A stretch of DNA of 64,000 nt from Octopus sinensis. Its lineage: Eukaryota. The notes below the pieces were generated by a model that worked only from the letters and a program-made list of their open reading frames with translations, was not told where the DNA came from and searched no databases. Location of the stretch: the NCBI RefSeq assembly GCF_006345805.1, contig NC_042999.1:142538001-142602000 (forward strand), read 5' to 3'. The translations under genes were made by a program, and so were the position numbers. Below are positions 1 to 12,264 of the stretch, one piece after another (position 1 is the stretch's first letter; each line of letters opens with the position of its first letter).

Positions 1-1200
1 AAGCTGACCTTCTTTGCTGCTTTCTCCAGTTCTTGTAACAAAGATTCTGCATCTTTCATACAATGGGATGTCAAGGTAACATTGTCAGTAAAGTCAAGAT
101 CAGTTAAATATTGTTCACAATGCCAACTGCTCTGGTGAGGTTTCAAAAGGAGTCCCTTTTCCTCCATACTGTCTAGAGAAATGTGAAGAACATAGTTGAG
201 AACAATGATGAACAAGAAAGGAGCGAGTGTGTCACCCTGCAGAACACCTGCTTCAGTTTCAAAGAAATTCAAAGAAGTCTCTCCATTAGGAGATATAACT
301 ATGGCAGTGGTGTTTGTGTACAATGCTATGATAGCATCAACAATCCTGGGAGGAATACCATAGAGTGCAGTGCAAGGATTTTAAACATAAGATCTCTACT
401 GATGGAATCAAATACTTTGTGAAAGTTGACAAAACAGATTGTGACACTCTTGTTAAACTTTCTCATTTCTTCCAGTATGTGACAGATGGAAAGGATTTGA
501 GCAGTTGCTGACCGGCCCCTTCTAAGTCCATTCTAATTCTTACAAAGAAGTGGATCGAGCATCGGTACAATCCTATTAAGCAGAAGTTTGTTATAAACTT
601 TTGCTGAAATTGGGATCAGAGTAATGCCTCTATAATTTGCTGCACTTGTTATATCACCTTTTTTGGGGACGGGGACAATTCCACCCTTCAACCAAGCTAA
701 TGGAGGCAAATGATGCACATATGTGTTGTTGCAGAAACCTAGTAAAATTTCATGAAATATTGGATCTTGCCACAGTAATGTTGGTATGTTATCCAGTCCT
801 GAAGATTTATTGTTAGCAGAACTACTGAGAGCTACTTTGAGCTTGTCTAATGTGTTGATGCCTAATGCATTAGATATTTGATGTAGAGGAAGTAGAAGGC
901 TGATAGTTTGTGGTAGTTCTCCAAGAAATTTCTGAAAGTGGTCAAACCAGTTGGTCTTGTGTTTCTCAGAGGAACCTTGGGAGATTTTCATTGCAGAAGT
1001 CTAATAAGTTGGTATCTATCAAGGTTGGTATACTTCAAATCTGTGTCAGGGTGATGATGCCTATGTTCTTGGATGCTCAAGATATCAACTTTGTTCTTCT
1101 TTACTCAATGCAGAAGTTCTTGTTTTCTGCTTGTCTTTGATAAAGTTCGTGAGTTGAAAGTGCTGTAGACAACAGGTCTTTTGCACTTCAAAAATCTGTT
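1..1200 (-). mobile_element. Decayed RTE/RTEX-like LINE reverse transcriptase region (runs off window start)
   Basis: ORF 533-991 gives SSGLDNIP...GGIVPVPKKGD...NYRGITLIPISAKVYNKLLLNRI. Downstream disrupted frames give GFRRGRS, F(H)KVFDSI, QGDTLAPFLFIIVL and LTDLDFTDN (FADD-equivalent). Confidence 0.85.
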
Positions 1201-1849
1201 TGTTGTTCCTGCATCTACATCTACCTCTTCATAGCTACCCCGCTCTAAAAAGTTTAGAGGTAGCTGGTCATACGTTTCATGGGAAACAAGGTGAGAATTT
1301 GGAACTGAACAAGCAGAGGCTCAAACCCTGGTGCTGCAAGTGAACGTTATGGTAATTCTTTTGGTAGCTGATACAGAAGTGGAGTGCCAATCATACATCC
1401 AGGTATTTTTTACATACGAGACACTATCTCAAGGGAAATTGCTGTCCAAGGCTTAAGGCTTCTCCCTAGCCATGAGGTAAATTTATCCTGCACCAGACAC
1501 CAACTGGGTATTTCTGTTCTGCAGTTGGTTTTTCTTATAAGAGACTTCTTTCTCTTAGGCAGACTGCTTTCACCTCGACTCAGGGAATCCTGTCTATCTC
1601 ATTCCATCTATGCAGGGCATGGATGTTATGCTATGTGGGGTGTACCCCCACATACCCCAATCTCAGATAGAAAGATGAAGATAAAATACAGATAAGAAAA
1701 TAAAATAATTCAGGTATGTAGAAGTATATAAAAATTAAAAATTTTATACAATATATAAAACACAACACCCACAAAAATACACACACAACAACAAACACAC
1801 ACACACACACACAAACTTTCACACACTCGTCACAATTAAACATTGTTGA

Positions 1850-2030
1850 ATTGGCCGTTGACTACACAGTAGTTCTTCCACCCTTTGACAGGTCTTATTT
1901 TTCATCCCGCAGAGTGTCTAATGTCACCCTCCTCACCAAGCAAGCTTGATGGGGTTGCCAGTTTAATTGCTGATGACCCGACCATATGACAGGTTGTACG
2001 GAGGTTACATGTTATCAGTAGCACTAAATT
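1850..2030 (-). repeat. Interspersed repeat homologous (inverted) to 17430-17560
   Basis: Reverse complement (tacaacctgtcatatggtcgggtcatcagcaattaaa...ggtgagg...agacctgtcaaagggtggaagaa) aligns by eye to 17436-17560. Confidence 0.55.
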
Positions 2031-3504
2031 CCTAACTAGACCATTTAAATGGTTAGCAAAACTTTAAGCATTCCCTCACCAATGTACTGTTTCATATATC
2101 TGCCTCTTCTGTCTCAACTACAATACCCTCTGTTCCTCTCCATTGTAGCCATCACCATTACAATGTTTCCCCTACCATATCTAAACACTGCACCCAATAA
2201 TCTCTCCTGAGAAATGCAGCCTTCTGGGATTCTGTGTTTTTCCTAGAGCTACCTGTATTTCAAAAAAACTAATTACATCCGTCTACATGCACCTAGAAAG
2301 GTCATTGGCACTTTCCATCATTCTCAGATTATTTCATACACACACAAAAAAAGATGAAAAACTTTTCATTTTCAAAATTATTATTAAAATTAATTTACAT
2401 TTTTATACTTCTTTGCAGTTAATAAAAAAAATAAAAACAACAATATACTGCAGTAGGAGGGTAATTTTTCACAACTGAAGTTTGGTCCCCATCACATACA
2501 TTTTTGTAATTTAATCATGTTTTATGACCTCCAAAGATAGTGAAGAATGTATAATAGTTGTGGTTGTGGTGGTTGTGTAGTAAAAGTAGAGGTGGCAGTT
2601 ACAGATTTTTGTTTCTTTTTGTTCTATTAGAATAAAATTTATGACTTTTAAGCATTGTCTTTACACTGAACATGATCTCAAAAATAATTAGGTTTGTTAA
2701 ATTAATTTCACAAAAAGCCTCATCTTATGGTAATTAACTCGCAAGTAAGATAAATTTTCGAAAATATCATTTAACAAACTGAATCTGGAGTTAATTTTAT
2801 TTAATTTGGCAATTTACTTAATGTCATTTTGAATTAACTTCTTTTGAGCAAATACTAACGAGAGGGAAAGATTGTGGCCTAAAAAGAAGGCTTAGGGTGA
2901 AGAACATGAGCCATGGTGAAATTTAAGAATTGTGCAAGAATATAGACTACTGTAGAGCACAGGAACTATGATAAAGATAACTGTGGTAAAGAGAACAAAG
3001 ACAGGAAGTTTAAAAATAAATGATAATGTGGAGAAAAGAACTAAATTGTAATAGAATGTAAAAACTATTATTGAATATGAGGACTGTTATAAAGACAGTT
3101 GTGGTAAGACAGCAATGATGAAGTCTAAAACTGAATGACTATGTAGAGAAAAGAACTGTTGTAGAATAACAGTAATAGACAGTAAGAAGTGTGATAAACT
3201 ATGAGAGGTGTAATGAAGTCACTTGTAGTATAATGTAGTATGACATATATGACAGAAGAGGTATGGTAAAATGGAAGTTTTGGTAAAAACAGTCAAAGAA
3301 GGCACAAAATCTAACTTTTGTTTCATTAAGATTTACTGAGGATTGTCTTCCTGCAATGGAGTGTCTTTTGAGAAAAGTGAACTAAAGAATCTGGACATGA
3401 TTCCAAAATAACATGGCCTGAAAATGGGAGGTTATAAGCAGACTACCAGAGCAAATATTGTCAATTGAATCTTTCAGTTCTAACCAAAACCACCGCTTCT
3501 GCCT

Positions 3505-3650
3505 TCACCACCACATTTGCTGCTGCCACCACCACCACCACCACTGCTACTGCCGCCGCCGCTACCACCACCACCACCACCACCACCACCACCACCACCA
3601 CCACCATTACTACCACCACCACCACCATCACTACCACCACCACCACCTAG
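3505..3650. repeat. (ACC)n microsatellite
   Basis: Direct reading; source of the poly-T/H/V/G ORFs. Confidence 0.95.
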
Positions 3651-3964
3651 TCTAATAACACTACCTTCTACCTTTGGTGCCTTTAGTTGAGTCCACACCC
3701 TCATTGAAAGCATTCAGGTAGTTCTCTGGTTTGAGGATAGCTTCCTTCTTCTCTCCCTCCCTCCGTCCCTCCCTCCTTTCCTCCCTCCTTTCCTCCCCTC
3801 CTTCAGTCTTGGAGACCCTGTAATGAGTCATCGGAACGAACTACTCTCCTAACTAAAAGCTAAAAACAAAAATACAATCAAAAGCTATTTATTATCCTCT
3901 CATTTCTTCGTCTATTCTTGACCATTTTACAAGTTAAAGCATTCAGTACATATTCTATTTATTT

Positions 3965-4198
3965 CATCAACATCATCATCATCATTGTTGTTGTCATCAT
4001 CATCATCATCATCTAATTCATCATCAACCTCATCATCATCCTCATCATCATTCTCATTACCATCATTGTCATCGTCATCATTTCATCACCATCATGATCA
4101 TCAACATCATGATTTTTGTTGTCGTCATCGTTATCATTACTATCATCATGATCACGCATCACCATCATCATTATTGTCATCATCACTGCCATTGTCAT

Positions 4199-4230
<32 letters not shown>

Positions 4231-4263
4231 TCACTGCTATCATCATCATTGTCATCATTGTTG

Positions 4264-4317
<54 letters not shown>

Positions 4318-4320
4318 CTT
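3965..4320. repeat. Degenerate (ATC)n microsatellite
   Basis: Direct reading; source of the poly-S/H/I/M ORFs. Confidence 0.95.
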
Positions 4321-4505
4321 TACATCTGCTTTCCATGCTGGGATGGGTTCAACAGGTTGACATGGTCTGACTCATCTCTCACTGAAACCTCTTCATCCAT
4401 AGACTGTTGCTCGTACCTAGTCATTTGGCTTAATTTCTATGGTAGGAAGCCTTTCGTATTGCCAATTTTAAAGAGTGTTCTGTATGCATTTTCTCACGGC
4501 ACCAA
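4320..4505 (-). mobile_element. Short 3'-end fragment of the RTE-derived repeat family
   Basis: tttacatctgctttccatgctgggatgggtt next to (ATC)n is the reverse of the family terminus ...gcatggaaagcggacgttaaa(tga)n seen at 29240-29290. Confidence 0.55.
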
Positions 4506-5334
4506 AAATAGAGGGTCTGAATAGTTCTGAGCAAAACAGCATCAGAAGTTAATACAATTCTATATTTATGAAGTCAAGAACTTATATTATGTTATACTGA
4601 TTATGTTATTTAGACTGGTGTCTTCATCTTGTTTGTGACTTTCACTACACTTTGGCTGTTGTATGTTCCTGCCTTCTTCGGGTGTCTTGTGATTCCCCTT
4701 AGTGCCTTTGCCTGGGATTGAACTATGTCTATGGGCATAGCACAGTGGATAAAGGTGTTGGTTAATGGGAATATTTCCTTGTTTGGAAATAGGTGAGGGT
4801 TGGCTTCAGGAAGAGCATCCAAATATAGAAAAATCTGATTCAATGAAGACTTGTGTGATCTAAGCAAGCATGGAAAGGCAGAAGTTAAAATGGCAATGGC
4901 AACAATAACAATGATGATGATGATCATCATGATGATCATCATGATAATCATCATCATGATCATGATAATGACCGCAATAATGGTGGTGGTGGTGGTGATG
5001 AAGAAATTTGATGATGATGACACCACCGCCACTGCCAGCACCACCACTGCCAGCACCACCACTGCTGCTGATGATGATATTCAAGCTGACCCACTGATAA
5101 TGGAGATCCCATCCACAGAATGAAACAAGAACTACTTGGCAACCAATGTTACTATAGTAAATATTCCAGACACAGAGTCTTCCCTTTCATCATTTCAGTC
5201 TACATAAGTTTTCTCTCTCTTTCTCACCTCCACTTTCTCAGAATTTCTTTGTTTCATTTCTCTCTCTCACCTTCTCTTTCTGTCTCTGTTTCTGTTTTCC
5301 TTTTCTCTCTCACCCTCTATTTCATTCTTTCTCT

Positions 5335-5368
<34 letters not shown>

Positions 5369-5949
5369 CTCTCTTTTCCCTTTTTAACATAATGGCTCTC
5401 TCTCACTAACACACCCTTTTCTCTCTCTCCCTCCCTCCCTCCCTCTCTCTCCCCCTCTCTCTCTTCCTGTCTATGCCACACACTCTCTTTCCTGGAAACC
5501 TATCAATTAGTATTTTGTCATCATAAATTATTCAGTTTTCCTTCTGACCTTGAATGAATAATTTCTTGAAAGCCAGACATGTTTGTTTTTTAGTCGAGAG
5601 CAAAAACAATTGACAGATGACTGGTAAAATATTATAAAGTTACCAGCTGTCCCTGACTGTCACTTTAAGCCATCAAAATATATGTTGTGAAGAACTTAAA
5701 TGAAAAGAAAAAAAAAAACTCACTGAAAAAGTTAATTTATGATTCAGATCTTGTTAAAAAAGGACATTTTATGAGAGCCAATGAGCATCCAGATCAATAG
5801 CAGGGAACCCTTTGAATATGAAGGGCAAATTAAAAGTGCATGTACACTTGTGGGAGATAGCTGTGTTAAGAAAAATAAATCATTAAATTTTACAAATTTA
5901 GTGGTATCCGCAGCTTAAATTGCTCTATGGTCTTGAGGCCGTAACCATT

Positions 5950-8920
5950 TTATTATTATTATCACTCATTTTTATTCTGAAAGTCTCCTGGATAGTACTT
6001 AATTACCAGTTATTCTTTACTTGAAAGCAGGCAATAACAAATTGCCAAAGGTTTCAAGTAGTGCCTTTTCCTGTGACTCAAAGAGACAATACTCTCCTTA
6101 GAATGTGAGCTGTACCCAACAATGCTGTCTTCTGGATCACCTTGAGCCTGATAGAAGCTCCAATATTTTTACTGTTTTTCAAATCCCTTGGAAACTGCTC
6201 CTAAAGCTCCAACTACCACTGGTATCAACATTACTTTCCTCATGCCCCATAACTTTCTTGTCTTGTCCCGCAGTGGCTAGTATTTCTCAATCTTTTTTGT
6301 TTCCTTACATTTCACTCTCGAATCCCCTGGTATTGCAACATCTATTATCTTTACTTCTTTTTCATCTTTATGGATGAGCACGATATCTGGTCGTCTCACC
6401 TCTATGACTTGGTTGCACTGGATGTTAAAATCCCAGAGTATTTTGTAATGTTTGTTTTCCATTATTCCCTCTGGCTTATGATCATACCATTGTTTGGCTC
6501 TCTTGAGGTTTGCTTTATTGCACAACAGCCAGTGGACATATCTGGCTACATTGTCATGTTGCCTTTTGTATTTGCATTGTACAAGCTTACAGCACACTAA
6601 CAATATGGCTTATACTTTCTCTCTTCTCAGAGCATATCCTACACTGTGGCAGTCAGTGCTTTTATCAATGTGATATTTGGAGTACCTTGTTCTGAGAGCT
6701 TGTCCTTGAGTGCTGCACACTAATACCTCAGTGGACCCTTTTAAGTCTCCTTTCTGCAGCCATTGCCAGGCTCTATTCCAACCAATCTCATCTTTATTCT
6801 TTAAGAACTGATTGTACATTTTCTTGTCCTGTCAAATCTTCTTCATCCACTCTCTCTGGTCTTAAATTGTGTTTGATCTATAGCTTTATTCACTTTTAAG
6901 GTTCCCTGCATTTTCACTGCTTCAATCATTTCTTCTTTACTCCCCTTGACATATTAATCCAGGCTATTCTCCTCTTCCCTTACACAGCCTTCACTACACA
7001 CCAATCCCTGTCCACCTTCTTTCTTCTTTACATACAGTCTTGACACATCACTCTTAGAATGTAGTTCCTTGTTCATTGCCATTAATTTACATATTTTCTG
7101 GTCTATCTCTTGTAATTCATGCTTCTTCCAAGATACTATTCCTGCCCCATATCTCATCAAAGCAACCGCCCATGTGTTAATTGCTCTAATCTTATAGCAG
7201 CCATTTGGCTTCGATTGGAGCACAAGCCGAGTTCATTCATCTTATCCCTTTCAATGATACCCAGGTACTTATATCCTTCCTCTCCGACTTCCTTTATAGT
7301 TTCACCACTTTCCAGTTTAATCCCATGGCTTTACTGATTTTCTCCCTTTTGAGAATCATTACACCACATTTCTCGATCCCAAATTCCATACCAATATCTT
7401 TGCTAATCATTTGCACAGTTGCTGTCAAACTCACAATTTCTTTCTTAGTCTTAGCGAATCGCTTTAGGTCATCCATAAACCACAGGTTGTTTACTTTCAC
7501 CCTACCTAGCATGTATCCCTAATGCATCTTTCTTAAAGCGCATGTTAGTGGCGGTATACAGACAACAAATAGGAGAGGCAACAGACTGTCCCCTTGAAAG
7601 ATTCCTCTTTTGATATTTACCTTGTCCAGCTTATATCCCCATACTGTGAGTTCAGTTTGTCATGTTGTCATTGAGTTTTGTATTAATTTCAGGATATTGT
7701 GGGAGACTTTAAGTAGTTTAAGGCATTCAATAATCCATGAGTGTGGGACCATGTCATATACTTTCCTGTAATCCACCCATGACATCACCAAATTTTTGTG
7801 TCACTTCTTGCAATCAGCCAGGATGGTCTTATTGATTAGCAATTGACCCTTTGTTCCTCTGCTTTTACGTCTAGACCCTTTTTGTTCCTTGGCAGTAGGT
7901 CGTTCTCATCTACGTACTTATAGAAGCTGTTTGATATGATGCCCGTTATCAGTTTCCACATCAGTGGCAAACAAGATATAGGTCAGAAATTTTCAACTGC
8001 CTTCCTTTTACTTGGGTCCTTCTGGCGTAGTACTGTCCTTCCTTTTGTCATCCAAGCCAGTACTTGGCTGTCACTACTCAGTATTTCATCCATCTGTCTC
8101 GCAATTCTCCTGTGCAGAGCTGTCAAGTTTTTCAGCCCAAAGCCCTGAACCCCAACTAGGCCAGGCACTTTCCAGTTAGGAATTTTCTTGCACTGATCTC
8201 TAATCATCTCAGTTATCCTCAAATCCTCCTGCTGATACTCTCCCCTCTCCTCTTTGAGTGTCTTTAAGCATTCTGCTTCAGTTTCATGTTGTTTCTCCCA
8301 AGGCCATGTTGTTTCTCATATGTTTGACAAGAATCTTTTGCTTTCTTCAGCATCTGGCACAGCTTTTTCACTTTTTTCTTTCCCATCCAGTTCCTAATAG
8401 ATATGTTTATGATTTCGTTAGAAAAGTCTATTTAATCTATACTGCTCAATTCTTTGTTCATATCTCTTTAGTTTATGTGCTTTAGCTTTCAACCTCTGTT
8501 TTAATTCCTCAATCACAACATTGATTCTCTTTCTCTTTACCCTATACTTCCTCTTTAGCTCAACATATTTCTCTCACTGAACTTCATTTCTTTTTTCCAT
8601 TCCAGAATATTAATATGTTTTCTGGTCTTGTTAATAGAATGTGTTATACTCCTTTTCCACCATGGTTCCTTCAGGTTATATTGACATTTACCTGTGGCTT
8701 TCAAACCTAACTGCCAGGCTATGAAGATCGAGATTGCATTTATTAGACTGTTGGTGTCTGTGATGTTGTTATTCTTGATATCACCAGTGATATCATTCAT
8801 CTTCTTGACCCATTCATTGAGTTATTTTTTGTCTACTTTTTTAAACCCTGTATGAAATCTCTGTTCACCAGAGGTCCAAATATCAATGATTTCATTTAAA
8901 ATGGATATCTGTTCCTCGGT
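5950..8920 (-). mobile_element. 5'-truncated, decayed R4/Dong-like non-LTR retrotransposon (RT plus C-terminal restriction-like endonuclease), family A
   Basis: Minus-strand fragments in order: LKEPWWKR, WKVPGLVGVQGF, QGDSL(L)PLLFVVC, WFMDDLK, GYKYLG, AINTWAVALMRYGAG, (R)HDNVARYVHW, KILWDFNIQC..RRPDIVL..IIDVAIP and VIQKTALLGTAHILRRVLSL* (stop at 6078-6080). A short 3' UTR and AAT-rich tail follow. Confidence 0.9.
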
Positions 8921-9223
8921 TTTCTTATACACCCTCCTCACAGAGCATGCTCTGTGGGTTTGTTGGTTTAGTTGCTGACGTCCTGACCAAAATATAAAAT
9001 AAAATAAAATAAAATAATTGCCTCACTCCCAGTTTGAATAGAGGTGGTGGTTTTGCATTGGCCTCATAGCAAAGTGGCCTTTTCATATCAGTAGCTAGAT
9101 AGGAATATTTGGAGAAGATAAACAAAAAAAAGAGGAAGAAGAAATGTTTTACTGACTTTCTTTGGCATTGTACTGCTAGCCTCAAGGCAAAGTGATCTTT
9201 TCATTACAGTAGCTAGATAGGAA

Positions 9224-9745
9224 TTATTATTATTATTATTATTATTATTCAGTAGTTTTATTTTTATATTGTGCTTTCACTTCACTACCAAGCGCAGCTC
9301 TGTGTGCCTTGGGTATGTGCTGTGGTTTGTTGTGATGTTCTTATGGTTACTGCATTGAAAGTGTTTTGCATAGGATGTGTGCAGTGCCCAGTAGTGCAAT
9401 TTTTTGTATGTTATATATATTTGTAAGTCCTGGTGTTTTTGTTATGTATTTGTCTGAATATTTTTTTATCATACCTAATGCGCCTACTATGATAGGAATT
9501 GTTTCTGTTTTTAGATTCCATATTCGAGTTACCTCTATTTCCAGGTCTTTGTATTTTGAAAGTTTCTCCATTTCTTTTAGAGAAACGTTGTCATCTGCTG
9601 GTATTGATACATCAATTAGAAAGCATTTTTTTCTGTCATGATCTCTGACAACTATATCTGGCCCATTGGCATTAATTTCTCTATCATGGCTGCTTTCTCA
9701 TTTTCTGTAACCTTTTCTGGCGTGTGCCTATACCATCTTTTTCTG
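9224..9745 (-). mobile_element. R4/Dong-like 3' fragment, family B copy 1, with (AAT)n tail
   Basis: CFLIDVSIPADDNVSLKEMEKLSKYKDLEIEV...IVGALG...IQKIALLGTAHIL (ORF 9347-9571), then 3' UTR and (AAT)n. Confidence 0.85.
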
Positions 9746-9747
9746 TT

Positions 9748-9760
9748 ATTATTATCATCA

Positions 9761-9827
<67 letters not shown>

Positions 9828-9850
9828 CATTATTATTATTATTATTATTG

Positions 9851-9894
<44 letters not shown>

Positions 9895-9912
9895 TATTAT
9901 TATTATTATTAT
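9748..9912. repeat. (ATT)n microsatellite between Dong-like copies
   Basis: Direct reading. Confidence 0.95.
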
Positions 9913-10818
9913 TCAGTAGTTTTATTTTTATAGTGTGCTTTCACTTCACTACCGAGCGCAGCTCTGTGTGCCTTAGTATGTGCTGTGATTTGTTGTGATG
10001 CTCTGATGGTTATTGTATGGAAAGTGTTCTGCGTAGGATGTGTGCAGTGCCTAGTAGTGCAATTTTCTGTATGTTATATGTGTTTGTAAGCCCTGGTGTT
10101 TTTGTTATGTATTTGTCTGAATATTTTTTTATCATGCCTAACTATCTAAGATAGAATCGCTCCAAAGAAATTTTACCTCATACTTCTCAGAAACGAGGGA
10201 CCTGGACTATTGGCAAAGACTCTAAACCTTGAGGATGTACTCAATAGAAAGAAGATTTGAGCGATACCAAATTATATACATTTGGAAAATGATAGAGCAG
10301 AAGGTGCCAAACTTTGGTATCAAAACCTACCACTCACTGCGCCACGGAAGACGCTGCCAGCTGCCACCAATCAACAAAAAGGCTGGCCAGGCAGCAAAAA
10401 CCCTGCGAGAATCAAGTCTGTTGGTTCGAGGAGCACAACTGTTCAACTCCATTCCGGTACATGTCAGAAATCTATCAGAATGCAGTGTGGAATCATTCAA
10501 ATTGCAACTGGATAGATACTTAAGCACCATTAGAGATGAACCCCATCTCCCAGGATATACACAACGAGCACAAACTGACTCAAACTCGCTCCTACACATG
10601 TCAAATTTAAGCAGAGAATACAACCTGGCAACCACACCAGACTCTGAGGGTGGAGTCTTCGACTTGGCCTGAGCATGGACTCAAACCCAAATGAAATGAA
10701 ATGAAATGCACCTACTATGATAGGAATTGTTTCTGTTTTTAGATTCCACATTCTGGTTACCTCTATTTCCAGGTCTTTGTATTTTGAAAGTTTGGTCTTT
10801 GTATTTTGAAAGTTTGGT
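9913..10818 (-). mobile_element. R4/Dong-like 3' fragment, family B copy 2, split by a CR1-group insertion
   Basis: 9913-10141 is nearly identical to 9250-9480, and 10709-10795 continues the match to 9482-9565. Confidence 0.85.
10142..10708 (+). mobile_element. 5'-truncated CR1/L2-group LINE 3' end with (AAATG)4 tail
   Basis: IESLQRNFT..LDYWQRL*TLRMYSIERRFERY..IWKM...RGAQLFNSIP..VRN...FKLQLDRYLSTIRDEP is a typical CR1-group C-terminus. Tail at 10689-10708. Confidence 0.85.
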
Positions 10819-10832
10819 CATTATTATTATTA

Positions 10833-10887
<55 letters not shown>

Positions 10888-10940
10888 TTTATTATCATCA
10901 TCATCATCATCATCATTATTATTATTATTATTATTATTAT

Positions 10941-11495
10941 TGAGTGAGAGAGCAGTTCATGCCATCAAAGTGACACTGGGGTAAAATATACGAAGCCCAA
11001 TATACCCATCATGACTACCCGTCTGATAAAGGTACACCAGGCACATGCATCACAACCATATGTGCGCGACATGGTGATCTCATATCAAGATAAACAGCAC
11101 ATGACCTTGCAGGTGGGGCCCAGTTAGAATTTTCTTCAGGTTGAGTAGCCCATCCTGCTCAAACGGTCCCTGAATAAGGATCACTTAAGGATGTTGAAAG
11201 AACCACCCATGTTTCCAGAGGTGAACTATTCAAACCCCAAAGAATCCCTCTCAACACATGGCTATGATGCTCCCCCACTACTTCTACTCGTGATCAGAGA
11301 TGCACATATCGTCAGCCACTAAGGGACATGCTCAACTGGTTAAGGTCAAACAACTGACAAGCAAATCTGTGGTATTGAGCAGAATATTTGCTGTAGCCCA
11401 TCTTTTATACCAAGACAAAACAATGTACATGATAACACTTCCAATCAGTTAAGATCAGAAGCCATGAGAGCCACTGCCTGGTACTGCATCAGGGC

Positions 11496-11496
<1 letters not shown>
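10941..11496 (-). mobile_element. ~556-bp non-coding interspersed element embedded in (ATT)n on both sides
   Basis: GC-richer block with sharp boundaries against pure (ATT)n tracts. I recall it as a common octopus repeat (unverified). Strand is a guess from the (AAT)n tail orientation. Confidence 0.6.
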
Positions 11497-11559
<63 letters not shown>

Positions 11560-11914
11560 GTTATATGGCTTTCAGAATCTTTATCAGCATGTAGTTACTA
11601 ATTTAAATGCTGGCCATATTATTGCACCTATTATTTATAGCAACCAACCAACCACCACCACCACTATCGCTTGACATTCATTTTTCCATGATTGCATGGG
11701 TCAAATGGAATTTACTGAAGCAGACATTCTATGGCTGGATGCCTTTCTTCTCACCAGCCCTCAACCGCTTCTGAGTAAGGTATATTTTCTTATAGCCAGG
11801 AATGTTTTTCATGGAAGACTAGAAGCAAACAACCTTACTTGTATGACAATGATACTCATTTACAGCCATCAAATGATGTTTAGATAAGTGTATACACATG
11901 CATATATATATATA

Positions 11915-12200
11915 GGGAGAGTTCACCAAAAAAACAAAAGATGAAGACAGGTGGTGTAGAAAACAAACAGATGTATTAGTATAGCACTCAGGAATTGAAA
12001 ACGTCTTTTACGTTTTGAGCCTACGCTCTTCAACAGAAAAGAACACAGAAAAATACAAGGAGAGAAACAAGGAGAGAAAAAATGTGTGTAGTGGCTACTG
12101 ATCTATCATGGCGACTGCTGGACAGAAGGGTCACACAGGAGAGCGAAGAAGTAGGGGAGATAACAAAGTAAAGATGACCCCCCCCACAATGAAGGTGAGT
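11915..12200 (-). mobile_element. Penelope-like terminal-repeat fragment containing a degenerate hammerhead
   Basis: Next to (TA)n; minus strand CTGTTGA-A-GAGC-GTAG-GCTC-AAAA-CGTA at 12036-12008. Confidence 0.55.
12001..12040 (-). ncRNA. Degenerate minimal type I hammerhead motif (A6>U, G12>A; probably inactive)
   Basis: Stem II GAGC/GCTC with GTAG loop, palindromic ACGT at stem III, weak A:U stem I. Confidence 0.45.
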
Positions 12201-12264
12201 GCATGTATAAGAGAGTACGTGTATATATGTGTGTGTGTGTGAAGAAGTGTCACACCCTAACAGT

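Noticed and set aside
1540-1660. HDV-like ribozyme in the putative RTE 5' UTR (also ~42700-42740)
   Set aside because: L3-like loops are present, but P1, P1.1 and P2 could not be assembled.
2955-3175. Degenerate ~120-bp tandem duplication in a purine-rich tract
   Set aside because: Low-complexity old duplication without ORF or structure.
3458-5142. Poly-His/Ser/Thr/Met ORFs
   Set aside because: Translations of (ACC)n and (ATC)n microsatellites, open in several frames on both strands.
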